Shown here in pieces: positions 27,125-37,257 of a stretch of DNA of 64,000 nucleotides. The translations under genes and the position numbers were made by a program. This stretch comes from an uncultured delta proteobacterium (GTDB taxonomy: Bacteria > Desulfobacterota > Desulfobacteria > Desulfobacterales > Desulfosalsimonadaceae): assembly GCA_963826785.1 (NCBI GenBank), contig CAWGYD010000008.1:128001-192000 (forward strand), given 5' to 3'. Each line of letters opens with the position of its first letter. Within the stretch, counting starts at the first letter, position 1. Below the pieces are notes generated by a model, which was not told the DNA's origin, did not search any database, and saw only the letters and a list, made by a program, of their open reading frames with translations.

Positions 27125-27723
27125 GACTCAAAAACGCCTTTAAACGTTTTCCGATGGATAAAACAACATCCGAATTTCCGGATGGCCTCCCGGTGCAGGC
27201 GGGTGGCATACCCTTTATGGCGGCAGAATTCAAACTCCGGGTAATCGAGATGGTATCCTTCCATGAGCCGGTCACGGGTGACTTTGGCCACGATGGAGGC
27301 CGCAGATATGGAAATGCTCAGTTGATCGCCGTTGATTACCGGCTGCTGGGGAAAATCGATTTTGAGGCTGTAGGGCCCGTCGATCAGAAGAAAGTCGGGG
27401 ACAGGCCTTAGATTCCGGACCGCAATGGCCATGGAAACCAGTGAAGCCTGCAGAATATTGATCCGGTCAATCTCGTGGGCGTCCACGATCCCGATGCCCA
27501 CGGCAATGGCAAGATCGTAGATGGAGTCATAGAGCGCATCGCGCTTTTCGGGGGAGAGCAGTTTCGAATCGGTGATACCGTTTTGGGGAACAACGGTAGG
27601 CAGGATGACCGCAGCGGAGACAACCGGGCCGGCCAGCGGCCCGCGGCCGGCCTCGTCGATCCCGGCCACATGAACATGGCCGTTTCGCCGGGCCGCTTTC
27701 TCAAACGCCCAGATATCATCCAT
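27121..27723 (-). CDS. rnhB: Ribonuclease HII
   Basis: AGIDEAGRGPLAGPV, DSK, SAASIVAKVTRD, HKGY. Confidence 0.95.
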   Translation of the reverse strand: MDDIWAFEKAARRNGHVHVAGIDEAGRGPLAGPVVSAAVILPTVVPQNGITDSKLLSPEKRDALYDSIYDLAIAVGIGIVDAHEIDRINILQASLVSMAIAVRNLRPVPDFLLIDGPYSLKIDFPQQPVINGDQLSISISAASIVAKVTRDRLMEGYHLDYPEFEFCRHKGYATRLHREAIRKFGCCFIHRKTFKGVFES

Positions 27724-27885
27724 GCGGTTGCGTCAATCACCCTAAACGATGGACGTGAACATACACGCCATGTCGGCATGTTTTCCAGACTGCCCAGATA
27801 TAAGCCCGCCCCCGGAATAGAAATGCAGGGACGCATTTTCGCCCCTGCGAACCCGAAACAGACGATTTTGCATCATCTTAAACGC

Positions 27886-27909
27886 AAAATGGAATTAGAA
27901 GAATTCCGT
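27886..27909 (-). terminator. Possible intrinsic terminator after rplS
   Basis: Minus strand reads GGAATT-CTTCT-AATTCC followed by ATTTT, a few nt after the rplS stop. Confidence 0.35.
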
Positions 27910-27915
27910 TTCCGA

Positions 27916-28263
27916 TTAGCTCGGCCGGCGTTCTTTAAGCCGTGCCGCCTTGCCGCGCAGCTTGCGCAAGTAGTAAATCTTGGCACGGCGGACCCGGCCC
28001 AGGGTGACGACCTCGATCTTGTCGATGGAGGGCGAATTCAGGGGAAAAACACGCTCCACCCCTACCCCGTAGGACACCTTGCGAACGGTAAACGCAGCAC
28101 CGGACAATCCGTTCCGTCTGCTGATCACCACACCCTGGAAAACCTGGATCCGCTCCTTTTCCCCCTCGCGGATGCGCACATGAACCTTGACGGTATCGCC
28201 GGGCGCGAAAGCCGGATAATCCAGCCTTAACTGCTCTCTTTCAATCTGCCTGATCTTTTCCAT
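27916..28263 (-). CDS. rplS: 50S ribosomal protein L19
   Basis: [42 protein letters not shown]. Confidence 0.97.
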   Translation of the reverse strand: MEKIRQIEREQLRLDYPAFAPGDTVKVHVRIREGEKERIQVFQGVVISRRNGLSGAAFTVRKVSYGVGVERVFPLNSPSIDKIEVVTLGRVRRAKIYYLRKLRGKAARLKERRPS

Positions 28264-28307
28264 GTTTCTGCCTCTGTATTCTATGAATTAGCGTTAAAGA
28301 ATATCTA

Positions 28308-28895
28308 TCATATCGATGGTCTGCAGCCCAGCACCCGGTCCAGGACGATAGCGGCTGCGGACCGGACCGACAGGTGATTGTAATCGGCGCGGCCCCGGAT
28401 GGGTTCCAGCACAAAATCGACGCTGTCCATGAATTCGTCCGTCAGTCCCCACGCGGTTCCCAGAACGATCAAAAACGTATCTTCTGAGGTGTTGACCAGA
28501 CCCCGCAGGGTTTCAAAACCAAGCGTCCGGTCTTTTCCGGCCGCGCAGGTGGCCACAATTTTTATGTTTTCCGGGCCATCGGCCCGGATGTCCTCGATCA
28601 CCTGATCCAGATCTTGTGCCAGCCGGATGCCGTTAAGGGCCTGTTTGCGTTTCGGGTTATATATGCCCCCCGACCCGTTTGTCCAGTGAGAAATTATTTT
28701 TTTCACCAGCGACTGCTGATCGGTCAGGGGCGTGACCACATAAAACGCGCGGATCCCGTATGTGGCGGCCGCCCTTGCGATATCGTGCAAGTCCAGATTC
28801 GTTACCGCCGAAACAATCGTTTCCCCGTTTTTGTTTTTGACGGGATGATGCAGCAGCGCCAGATACACTTTGGGAAGCAAATTGCAATCAGGCAT
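28308..28895 (-). CDS. SPOUT-type SAM-dependent RNA methyltransferase (TrmD-associated)
   Basis: ALLHHPV, AVTNLDLHDIAR, LGTAWGL, YNHLSVRSAAAIVLDR; follows trmD. Confidence 0.88.
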   Translation of the reverse strand: MPDCNLLPKVYLALLHHPVKNKNGETIVSAVTNLDLHDIARAAATYGIRAFYVVTPLTDQQSLVKKIISHWTNGSGGIYNPKRKQALNGIRLAQDLDQVIEDIRADGPENIKIVATCAAGKDRTLGFETLRGLVNTSEDTFLIVLGTAWGLTDEFMDSVDFVLEPIRGRADYNHLSVRSAAAIVLDRVLGCRPSI

Positions 28896-29634
28896 CGACA
28901 AGTCGTTCAACCTGGTCACACCATTTTTTCAGAATCTGCTTCTCCCGGTCATCGAGTTTCCTGTCTTTTAGCAGATCCGGGCGTTTCAGCAGCGTCCGGA
29001 CCAGAGACGATTCCATCCGCCAATCCGCGATGGCGGCATGGTTGCCGGAGGTCAGGACTTCCGGAACGTATTGATTCTCGAATACCGGGGGCCGGGTGTA
29101 ATGGGCATGTTCCAGCAGGTTGTCCGCAAACGAATCTTTTTCGGCCGATTCACCGCACCCCAGAACGCCCGGTATCAAACGGGTCAGCGCATCCACCAGA
29201 ACCATGGCGGCGACTTCTCCGCCGGTGAGGATATAGTCGCCGATGGAAATTTCCGCATCCACATGGTCATATACCCGCTCGTCCATCCCTTCATACCGAC
29301 CGCAGACCAGTATCAGCCCTTCTTCTCTGGAAAGCGTTCCGGCCAGCGGCTGATCGAACGGTCTGCCCTGGGGCCCCAGCAGGATGGTTTTCGCGTAAGG
29401 CGCCCGCGATTTGGCGTCCGTAATCGCTTTGACCAAGGGTTCCGGCTTCATGACCATGCCGGCGCCGCCCCCATAGGGCCGGTCATCCGTGACCCGGTGC
29501 CGCCCCTGGGCGTGCTCCCGGATATCCATCGGGGTCGCCGTGATAATTCCCTTTTCAATGGCCAGGCGGATCATTCCGCAGGCGAAAAAAGAATCGAAGA
29601 TCTCCGGAAATATGGTTAAAATAAAAAAATCCAT
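28888..29634 (-). CDS. trmD: tRNA (guanine37-N1)-methyltransferase
   Basis: LTIFPE, DDRPYGGGAGMVM, CGRYEGMDER, SIGDYILTGGE, HYTRP; start at MDFFIL. Confidence 0.96.
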   Translation of the reverse strand: MDFFILTIFPEIFDSFFACGMIRLAIEKGIITATPMDIREHAQGRHRVTDDRPYGGGAGMVMKPEPLVKAITDAKSRAPYAKTILLGPQGRPFDQPLAGTLSREEGLILVCGRYEGMDERVYDHVDAEISIGDYILTGGEVAAMVLVDALTRLIPGVLGCGESAEKDSFADNLLEHAHYTRPPVFENQYVPEVLTSGNHAAIADWRMESSLVRTLLKRPDLLKDRKLDDREKQILKKWCDQVERLVDA

Positions 29635-29647
29635 CGCAGCGAAATCT

Positions 29648-30178
29648 TCAAAGTCCCTCGGGCAGATCAACCGTGATCTGTCCGCTTTTCGGATCAATGC
29701 ACCGCACGATGGATGCCGCGGCCGGAATAAGCGTTTCTTCGTCGTCCCGCTTGACCACGAACACATCATTTCCCCCCGCGGAGAAAATATGTTCGAGCCG
29801 GCCGATATACGCATTTTTGATATCGTAGACTTCAAGTCCGATCAGATCGGACCAGTACCAGCTGTCCGGCTCCTCGATTTCAGGAAGCTGATGGCGGTTT
29901 ACGAAGATTTCAGCGCCCTGCAGCCCTTCCGCAGCCGTTCGGTCGGCCACGCCTGACAGTGCAATACGCAGGATGTTCCTGTAGGGCTTGCAGTCTCTGA
30001 TCGTATAGGGTTCCCGCCTGCCGCCGGGATGCATCAATTCAATCTGATTTTGGGGATCATACAGGGCGTTTGTTTCTGTATAGGAACAAACATTGACATA
30101 CCCCTTGATCCCGTGCGCCCCCATAATCTTTCCGATTTTCAGGGGACTGTTTTCGCCCGTCCGGGCCGTTTTGCTCAA
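29648..30178 (-). CDS. rimM: Ribosome maturation factor RimM
   Basis: [28 protein letters not shown]; operon position. Confidence 0.92.
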   Translation of the reverse strand: MSKTARTGENSPLKIGKIMGAHGIKGYVNVCSYTETNALYDPQNQIELMHPGGRREPYTIRDCKPYRNILRIALSGVADRTAAEGLQGAEIFVNRHQLPEIEEPDSWYWSDLIGLEVYDIKNAYIGRLEHIFSAGGNDVFVVKRDDEETLIPAAASIVRCIDPKSGQITVDLPEGL

Positions 30179-30408
30179 TCTTCTACGATTTCCAGCACTG
30201 TCCGTTTTTTTACCTTGGCCGACGCCGCGCCCAACAGGGTCCGCATTGCCCTTGCCGTCCTTCCCTGCTTGCCGATCACCTTGCCGAGGTCTTCTTTCGC
30301 GACCTTCAGTTCCAGCACCGACGTCTGGTCTCCCTCGATCTCGGTAACCTTTACCTCTTCAGGATTGTCAACGAGCGCTTTTGCAATGTAAGTGATCAGA
30401 TCTTTCAT
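30175..30408 (-). CDS. khpA: KH domain RNA-binding protein KhpA
   Basis: [26 protein letters not shown]. Confidence 0.93.
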   Translation of the reverse strand: MKDLITYIAKALVDNPEEVKVTEIEGDQTSVLELKVAKEDLGKVIGKQGRTARAMRTLLGAASAKVKKRTVLEIVED

Positions 30409-30477
30409 GGTCCGTCTCCTTTACTGCTGCGGGGGAATAAGGAATAAGAGGTAAAAAAAACTTAAGCAGGCATTTCC

Positions 30478-30717
30478 CTAAAGTCCATTTTTTTCCAGAA
30501 GACTGTTCACCGTATCCGTCGGTTTGGCGCCTTGTGAGAGCCAGTACTGAACCCGCTCCGCTTTCAGGTTGACTTCTTTGGGCTCCACCATGGGGTTGTA
30601 GGTCCCGACTGTCTCGATAAATCTCCCATCCCGCGGGTATCGGCCATCGGCCACGACAATCCGGTAGAATGGTCTTTTCTTTGCACCAAATCTGGCTAAT
30701 CTGATTTTTACTGCCAT
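30478..30717 (-). CDS. rpsP: 30S ribosomal protein S16
   Basis: [37 protein letters not shown]. Confidence 0.97.
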   Translation of the reverse strand: MAVKIRLARFGAKKRPFYRIVVADGRYPRDGRFIETVGTYNPMVEPKEVNLKAERVQYWLSQGAKPTDTVNSLLEKNGL

Positions 30718-30733
30718 ATCCGTCCTAACTCCT

Positions 30734-32068
30734 TCAAAAAGGCATCATTGTGCGGCCAATTCCGCGCATTAAACCGCCCTTGTTCAATTTCTTGATCATT
30801 TTCAAAACTTGGGCATAATTTTTCAGTAACTTATTGACTTCCTGTACACTGGTTCCGCTGCCGTTTGCAATCCTTTTCCGGCGGCTTCCGTTGATCATCT
30901 GGTATTTACGGCGTTCCTGGGGCGTCATGGAATTGATGATCGCCTCGATGCGGATCAGTTCCCGGTCATCGATGTCCATCTGGTCGATCTTCTTGATCTT
31001 GCTGACTCCGGGGATCATCTTGATCAGGTCGGTCAACGACCCCATTTTCCGCACCTGGGCCATCTGGTCCCGGAAATCTTCCAGCGAAAACTCGTTCTTC
31101 CGCAGTTTCTTTTCTAAATCCGCTGCTTTTTTCTCATCGACGACGCTCTGGGCTTTTTCGATGAAGGAAAGCATGTCCCCCATGCCCAGAATCCGCGAGG
31201 ACATGCGGTCCGGATGAAACGGCTCCAACTCGTTTAACTTTTCACCCACCCCGATGAACTTGATCGGTTTTCCGGTGATCGCCTTTATGGACAGGGCGGC
31301 GCCGCCCCGGGCATCTCCATCCATTTTGGTCAGCACCACGCCGCCGATATCGAGCTCCTGCTCAAACGACTGGGCGATGTTCACCGCATCCTGACCGGTC
31401 ATGGCATCGGCCACCAGAAGGATCTCCGACGGCTGCAGGGTGGCCTTGATATTTACGAGTTCGGCCATCAATGCTTCATCGATATGCAGTCGGCCTGCGG
31501 TATCGATGATCAGGGTATCGCACCCTTCGGCTGCCGCCGCCGCTTTGGCCCTTCGGCAGATTTCCACCGGGTCCATATCCGTGGTGGAGGCAAACGCCGG
31601 CAGGGACAGCTGAGTCGCCAGCTTCTGGAGCTGATCGATGGCCGCCGGCCGGTACACGTCCGCAGGCACCAGGTACGGCTTTTTCCCCTGCTTGCGCAGA
31701 TGAATCGCCAGTTTGCCCGCAGTCGTGGTCTTACCGGAGCCCTGGAGCCCCACCAGCATAATGGCGGCCGGCGCCGGTCCTGAAAGGTTCAGACCTTCGT
31801 TCTTGCTGCCCATCAAGGCGGTCAGCTCGTCATTGACGATCTTGATCACCTGCTGGGCGGGCGTCAGGCTGGAGAGGACTTCCTGCCCGACGGCGCGGGT
31901 CTTGATATCGGCGATCAACTGCTTGACCACCTTGTAATGGGCATCGGCTTCCAGAAGGGCCATCCGGACTTCCCGCAAGCCCTCCTCGATGTTCTTCTCG
32001 CTTAGCTTGCCGTGCCCCTTGAGTTTCTTGAAAACACTATTGAGTCGGTCACTTAAATTGTCAAACAT
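30734..32068 (-). CDS. ffh: Signal recognition particle protein
   Basis: [34 protein letters not shown] domain [11 protein letters not shown]. Confidence 0.97.
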   Translation of the reverse strand: MFDNLSDRLNSVFKKLKGHGKLSEKNIEEGLREVRMALLEADAHYKVVKQLIADIKTRAVGQEVLSSLTPAQQVIKIVNDELTALMGSKNEGLNLSGPAPAAIMLVGLQGSGKTTTAGKLAIHLRKQGKKPYLVPADVYRPAAIDQLQKLATQLSLPAFASTTDMDPVEICRRAKAAAAAEGCDTLIIDTAGRLHIDEALMAELVNIKATLQPSEILLVADAMTGQDAVNIAQSFEQELDIGGVVLTKMDGDARGGAALSIKAITGKPIKFIGVGEKLNELEPFHPDRMSSRILGMGDMLSFIEKAQSVVDEKKAADLEKKLRKNEFSLEDFRDQMAQVRKMGSLTDLIKMIPGVSKIKKIDQMDIDDRELIRIEAIINSMTPQERRKYQMINGSRRKRIANGSGTSVQEVNKLLKNYAQVLKMIKKLNKGGLMRGIGRTMMPF

Positions 32069-32217
32069 GCGCTATCACAATCCTGAAACTAAATTCTTGA
32101 TTTTAAAATTTAAAGAATGGTATGTCAATAAAAAAACAGACACAGGCCGGGCACGGGCCCCCATCTCTTTTGGGCGGCCCCCCTCCCTTTTTCCGGATCC
32201 GCACTTATATTTCGCCT

Positions 32218-33288
32218 ATGCTACGTTCTCATACCCAAAAAAACAACATCCTGGACATGGACCGGGAGCATATCGCAAAATGGTGCGAAACCAGCGGCAT
32301 CAAACCCTACCGGACCGCGCAGATCCTGCGCTGGCTCTATGCCCGGGGTGCTGTTTGCTTTGACAACATGACCGATTTGTCCAAACAGATCCGGCACCAG
32401 CTTTCAGAGCAGTTTGCACTGTCCTTTCCGAAAAAGATTAAAGAAGAAGTCTCGGTGGACGGCTCCCGCAAATTCCTGTTTGGCCTCTCTGACGAAAACC
32501 ATATCGAAACCGTGCTGATCCCGGAAAAGGATCATTACACGCTGTGCATCTCCACCCAGGTGGGATGCGCCATGGGATGCCGCTTCTGCCTTACCGCTAA
32601 AAACGGGCTGGTCCGCAACCTGACCCCGGGGGAGATCACCGGCCAGGTTTTGCAGGCGCAAAGAGAAATCACCGCGACTGACGGAGATAAAAGCCGGCTC
32701 ACCAATATCGTTCTCATGGGCATGGGCGAACCGCTGGCCAATTACGATTCGGTCATTTCAGCCATCCGCATCATCACCGATCATGCAGACGGCATGGGTT
32801 TTTCCACCCGGCGGGTCACTCTTTCCACATCGGGCCTGGTGCCCAGATTTTCCCAACTGGGGAAAGACACCCGCATCAGGCTGGCCATTTCATTGAATGC
32901 CACCCAAAACACCACCCGGGACATGCTGATGCCCGTCAACAAGACCTGGCCCCTCGAAGCGCTCATCGATGCCTGCGCCGCCTATCCCCTGGCCCCCCGG
33001 GACAAGATCACCTTTGAATACATCCTGATTGCCGGGGTCAACGATTCGCCCGAAGACGCCCGCCGACTGGCAAAGCTCCTGGCGCCGGTCAAGGCCAAGA
33101 TCAACCTGATCCCCTTCAACGAACATCGTGCATCCGGGTTTAAGCGGCCGGACGAATCGGCCATTTTCTCCTTCCAGAAAATCCTGCACCAGAAAAACTA
33201 CACCGCCATCATCCGCCGCAGCAAGGGGCAGGACATATCGGCGGCCTGCGGCCAGCTCTCGGCAGGGCAAACAGTAACAAGTTCCTGA
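32218..33288 (+). CDS. rlmN: Dual-specificity RNA methyltransferase RlmN
   Basis: CISTQVGCAMGCRFC, MGMGEP, SLNA, EYILI.GVND, NLIPFN, DISAACGQL; start uncertain. Confidence 0.95.
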   Translation: MLRSHTQKNNILDMDREHIAKWCETSGIKPYRTAQILRWLYARGAVCFDNMTDLSKQIRHQLSEQFALSFPKKIKEEVSVDGSRKFLFGLSDENHIETVLIPEKDHYTLCISTQVGCAMGCRFCLTAKNGLVRNLTPGEITGQVLQAQREITATDGDKSRLTNIVLMGMGEPLANYDSVISAIRIITDHADGMGFSTRRVTLSTSGLVPRFSQLGKDTRIRLAISLNATQNTTRDMLMPVNKTWPLEALIDACAAYPLAPRDKITFEYILIAGVNDSPEDARRLAKLLAPVKAKINLIPFNEHRASGFKRPDESAIFSFQKILHQKNYTAIIRRSKGQDISAACGQLSAGQTVTSS

Positions 33289-33327
33289 TCTAATACGAAA
33301 ATAATCCCGGATACGAACCGGGGCGAT

Positions 33328-34332
33328 TCAAACGAACAGGTCCCGGATCATCGTGTGCGCAACCGGCATTACGGAGAGGACCGATTTTCCCTCCGGCTGA
33401 AACAGGAGGACCTCCACCGGCCGGCCGGCCGGCGCCTTGCTGTAGCCGGCGCAGATGGAGGCCGCCTGGCGGGTATCCTCGGCATCGGCATTGCCCGGCA
33501 CCAGTCCCGCGGGACCGGGTACATCCTTCATCCGGATCAATAGATCCATTTTCGGACGGTGGCAGGAAAAGATCTGCTCATTATCGTTCTTGTTGCGGCC
33601 CACCACCAGTTTGGCCCCATGGTCCAGCCGGAGATGCCGGCCGAACCCGAGCATGTTCAATTCCGCCACCGACCACTGTTCCTGATGGGTGAAATAGTCC
33701 TTAAGCCGCCTGGAATATTGAGGGTCCGTCAACAGGCACCCCCCGGCCGGGGCGGGGTATTCCCGGATCCCATAATGCCGGGCCATTTCCATCTGGGGTT
33801 TCCGGGACCTGCCCGAAAGATCACCCAGCCTATGGCGATCCACCAACCCGCTTTCTTCCATGGGCGTCATGGGAAGTTTTTTGGCGCTCAGCGGACGCAG
33901 AATATGCCCGTCAAAACCCGAATGCTTTTCCACATAGCGAAGCGACTGCCTGGTCTGGGACATGGGGCGCTGGCCCATGACCTCACCGGAAAACAAAAAA
34001 TCGCAGCCCAGTTCGGCCATCATTTCCCCGGCAGCCTTAAACATCAGGGCATGGCAGTCCATGCAGGGGTTCATATGCCTGCCATATCCGCAGGGCGGCC
34101 GGCGCAGCATGGGCAGGTATCGCTCCGTGAGGTCCACCACCTTCAGCGGGATTTCCGTCTGCAGCGAGGCTTTTTGCGCCTTGTCCGCAGAAAAAAACGG
34201 CGTCTCAAAGGCAATCCAGCAGACTTCGATTCCCTGATCTCTCAAAACGCATGCGGCCAGTATGCTGTCGAGTCCGCCCGAACACAACCCCAGGCCTTTT
34301 ACTTTTTTTCCGTCTGATTTCATGTTATGCAT
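33328..34332 (-). CDS. ThiI/MnmA-like PP-loop tRNA thiolation protein
   Basis: SGGLDS, NPCMDCH, GEVMGQRPMSQ, LRPLSAK, PAGGCLLT, VGRN. Confidence 0.82.
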   Translation of the reverse strand: MHNMKSDGKKVKGLGLCSGGLDSILAACVLRDQGIEVCWIAFETPFFSADKAQKASLQTEIPLKVVDLTERYLPMLRRPPCGYGRHMNPCMDCHALMFKAAGEMMAELGCDFLFSGEVMGQRPMSQTRQSLRYVEKHSGFDGHILRPLSAKKLPMTPMEESGLVDRHRLGDLSGRSRKPQMEMARHYGIREYPAPAGGCLLTDPQYSRRLKDYFTHQEQWSVAELNMLGFGRHLRLDHGAKLVVGRNKNDNEQIFSCHRPKMDLLIRMKDVPGPAGLVPGNADAEDTRQAASICAGYSKAPAGRPVEVLLFQPEGKSVLSVMPVAHTMIRDLFV

Positions 34333-34399
34333 GATGTCCGATTATATGAAGGCTTTGTCGCTTTTCAGTTTCAAGTTAAAACGCAATCCAGGTTCCTCA

Positions 34400-35044
34400 A
34401 TGAATGAATCGAAAAGAATTCAAAAAATCCGCCAGATACTAAAGACCGAGTACCCGGATGTCAAGACCCAGCTGAATTACCAATCCCCGTTTCAGCTGCT
34501 GGTGGCCACCATCCTGTCGGCCCAGTGCACGGACCGGCAGGTCAATGCCGTCACACCGGGGCTGTTTGAAAGCCTTGCCGGACCCGCAGATTTTGCCGAA
34601 GCGTCCATCGAGCAAATTGAAAATCTCATCCGCTCCACCGGATTTTTCCACAACAAGGCCAAAAACATTCAAAACTGCGCCAGGGCAATCGTGGCGCAGT
34701 ATGGCGGTACGGTGCCGGACACACTGGAGGAACTGGTCAAGCTGCCCGGGGTGGGCCGCAAAACCGCCAACGTGGTGCTGGGGGCCGCCTTTGGAAAACC
34801 GGGCATTGTGGTGGACACCCATGTGGCAAGAATTTCAGGGAGGCTGGCGCTGACATCGAACAAGGATCCGGTCAAAATCGAATTTGATCTCATGGAAATC
34901 ATCCCCCGACCCGAGCGCGATGATTTTTCCCTGCGATTGATCTATTTCGGCCGGGAAATCTGCACCGCCCGCAAACCCAAATGCCCGAAATGCTTTTTGA
35001 TTCAGCTGTGCCCGTATCCGGATAAAACAGGGGATGTCAAATGA
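34400..35044 (+). CDS. nth: Endonuclease III
   Basis: ILSAQCTD, LPGVGRKTANVV, VDTHV, C-X6-C-X2-C-X5-C. Confidence 0.95.
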   Translation: MNESKRIQKIRQILKTEYPDVKTQLNYQSPFQLLVATILSAQCTDRQVNAVTPGLFESLAGPADFAEASIEQIENLIRSTGFFHNKAKNIQNCARAIVAQYGGTVPDTLEELVKLPGVGRKTANVVLGAAFGKPGIVVDTHVARISGRLALTSNKDPVKIEFDLMEIIPRPERDDFSLRLIYFGREICTARKPKCPKCFLIQLCPYPDKTGDVK

Positions 35045-35907
35045 AGGCTTCCCGCCCGCTTCTGGGCGCACACCTGTCCATCGCCGGCGGCCTGCACCGG
35101 GCAATCGGGTCGGCATCGGCCCTTGGGTGCAATGTCCTGCAGATATTTACCAAAAATGCCAGCACCTGGCGTGAAAAGCAGCTGGCCGAAAATGAAATCG
35201 AAACCTTTCAAAAGGCCCGGAAGGAGGCGGGTATTTCCTGTGTTGCGTCACACACCTCCTACCTGATCAACATCGCCGGACCGGATGAGAAAAAATCTGC
35301 CATGTCCTTTGCGGCACTCAAGCAGGAACTGATCCGGTGCAGCCAGCTGGGGCTCGACCATGCCATCCTGCATCCCGGGTCCCACATGGGCGCGGGTGAA
35401 GATGAGGGAATCCAGCATGCGGCCGATATGCTCAACCGGCTATTTGAACAAACCAGTGGAATCGCCACCCGGCTGCTGCTGGAAACCACCGCCGGCCAGG
35501 GAGATTGCGTGGGGCATGCCTTGGGTCAGCTGGCGGATATCGTAAACCGGGTGGCGGATCAGAATCGGGTGGGCATCTGCCTGGACACCTGCCACATCTT
35601 TGCCGCAGGATACGATATCTCAACAGAAGAAGGTTATGACCGGACCATGGCGGAATTTGAGCGGCTTATCGGGTTTGACCGGCTTTTTGCCATCCATGTC
35701 AATGATTCCAAGCGAGAATGCGGATCACGGGTGGACCGGCATGAACACATCGGCAAGGGCCGCATCGGTCTGCCGGGGTTTAAACTGATCATGAACGATG
35801 CCCGGCTGCGCCCCATTCCCAAAATTCTCGAGACCCCGAAACGCGAGGCCGGCCGGGACGCTGACCCGGTTAACCTCAATAGGCTCAGAGCACTTTTAAC
35901 TGCCTGA
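35041..35907 (+). CDS. nfo: Endonuclease IV
   Basis: GAHLSIAGG, HTSYLIN, HPG, ETTAGQG, DTCH, HVNDS, DRHEHIG, ETP; ATGA overlap with nth. Confidence 0.95.
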   Translation: MKASRPLLGAHLSIAGGLHRAIGSASALGCNVLQIFTKNASTWREKQLAENEIETFQKARKEAGISCVASHTSYLINIAGPDEKKSAMSFAALKQELIRCSQLGLDHAILHPGSHMGAGEDEGIQHAADMLNRLFEQTSGIATRLLLETTAGQGDCVGHALGQLADIVNRVADQNRVGICLDTCHIFAAGYDISTEEGYDRTMAEFERLIGFDRLFAIHVNDSKRECGSRVDRHEHIGKGRIGLPGFKLIMNDARLRPIPKILETPKREAGRDADPVNLNRLRALLTA

Positions 35908-35925
35908 TGTGCTTTGTGTCAGAAA

Positions 35926-36414
35926 CTAATTTTCCCTCCGGCCGGCCAGCGTCTCATAGGCTAACTGGATTTCCACGAATTTCTTTTTGGCCAGCTGCTG
36001 GAAATCCTCCCCCAGGTGGGTGACCTTATCGGGGTGGTATTTCTGAACCGCCTTGCGGTAAGCGGCATGAATTTCCTTTTCCGATGCCCCGGGCCGGACC
36101 CCCAGTATCGCATAGGGGTCTTTGGGGGGCGCGTTCCGGTATGCGGAGGCATTTTCAGCGCCATTTTCAGGCCCATTGGATTGCCGTTCCCGCTGCTGAC
36201 GGTTGTCCGCAGGCCGGGAATTGAACAGATAGTTTTTCAGCAGGGTGACAAACCGGGGCAGCCGCCGGTATTTCAAATAATAAATCAGCAGCGCCATCAG
36301 CAGCGTATCATCGAGCCATCCGGTGATGGGGATCACATCCGGCAGGAGGTCAATGGGGCTGATCACGTAGATCAATACAAAAATAACAGCCGCAATTATC
36401 CACAAAATATTCAT
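35926..36414 (-). CDS. DUF1232 + DnaJ domain protein
   Basis: YVISPIDLLPDVIPITGWLDD; DPYAILG...YHPDK. Confidence 0.88.
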   Translation of the reverse strand: MNILWIIAAVIFVLIYVISPIDLLPDVIPITGWLDDTLLMALLIYYLKYRRLPRFVTLLKNYLFNSRPADNRQQRERQSNGPENGAENASAYRNAPPKDPYAILGVRPGASEKEIHAAYRKAVQKYHPDKVTHLGEDFQQLAKKKFVEIQLAYETLAGRREN

Positions 36415-36425
36415 GTTTTACCCGT

Positions 36426-36893
36426 TCATGTACGCAGGGTGGCGGTCAGCCGGAGCGGATGGATCAGCAGGGACAACGCATCGATAATGGAGGTGCAGAC
36501 TACATCAGCCGAAAGCAGGGTTTCCATTGAAGCCCCCTCCCCCAGAATGACCCCGATTCCCAGTGCCGATTCCTTGAGCATCAGGGAGTCGTTTCGGCCG
36601 TTGCCGATGCTGACCGTCCGGTCTGCGCCGATCTGTCGGATATAAGCCAGTTTTCCCGCCTGCTGGTCCGCCTGGGGCAGGATGGTCAGTTCACAGTCGA
36701 TCCCCGAAAGCCCCGCTTTTGCCTTGCCGAATGTATCGGCGGTAACCACGTGAAGCCTGATCTGATCCGAAAGTAATATCAGCATTTCCCTCACATCCGA
36801 AATCAGGGTGCCGTCAATGGCCAGGGTGCCGTTATAATCCATCACCAGATGGTCAAGCACCAGTTCCCCCCGGCCCGGAATTGAAATATTCAT
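36426..36893 (-). CDS. HAD-family hydrolase (soluble P-type ATPase-like)
   Basis: DYNGTLA, TADTFG, IGNGRND motifs. Confidence 0.88.
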   Translation of the reverse strand: MNISIPGRGELVLDHLVMDYNGTLAIDGTLISDVREMLILLSDQIRLHVVTADTFGKAKAGLSGIDCELTILPQADQQAGKLAYIRQIGADRTVSIGNGRNDSLMLKESALGIGVILGEGASMETLLSADVVCTSIIDALSLLIHPLRLTATLRT

Positions 36894-37257
36894 CGCAAAC
36901 TCCCGTTTTGCAACTTCATCGCCCAATCAATAGAATCACTTGCCGCCTGGCCCGGAAAATCCGGTAGCCCCTGTTTTTCCGCGCGTCATTAAATCCAATC
37001 CGGCGCATTTTCATCCGGGCATTACCTTAATTTTTACCATTTTACCGTATTTTCGCCAACTCAGATGTATAAAACAACTTCGGTAAAGATCAAGTTGAAT
37101 CGCAATATTTACCTTGAGGAAGCAGAAATGCTCGACAAAAATCGCCTCAAGATCGGATCGCCCGAATCAAATTGAAAAGCATCAGCTGTATTGCTATACT
37201 TTGAATTTTCAGATTTTGTCCTGACAAAAAACCTCTGACCTGAGGGATTGCAACTGC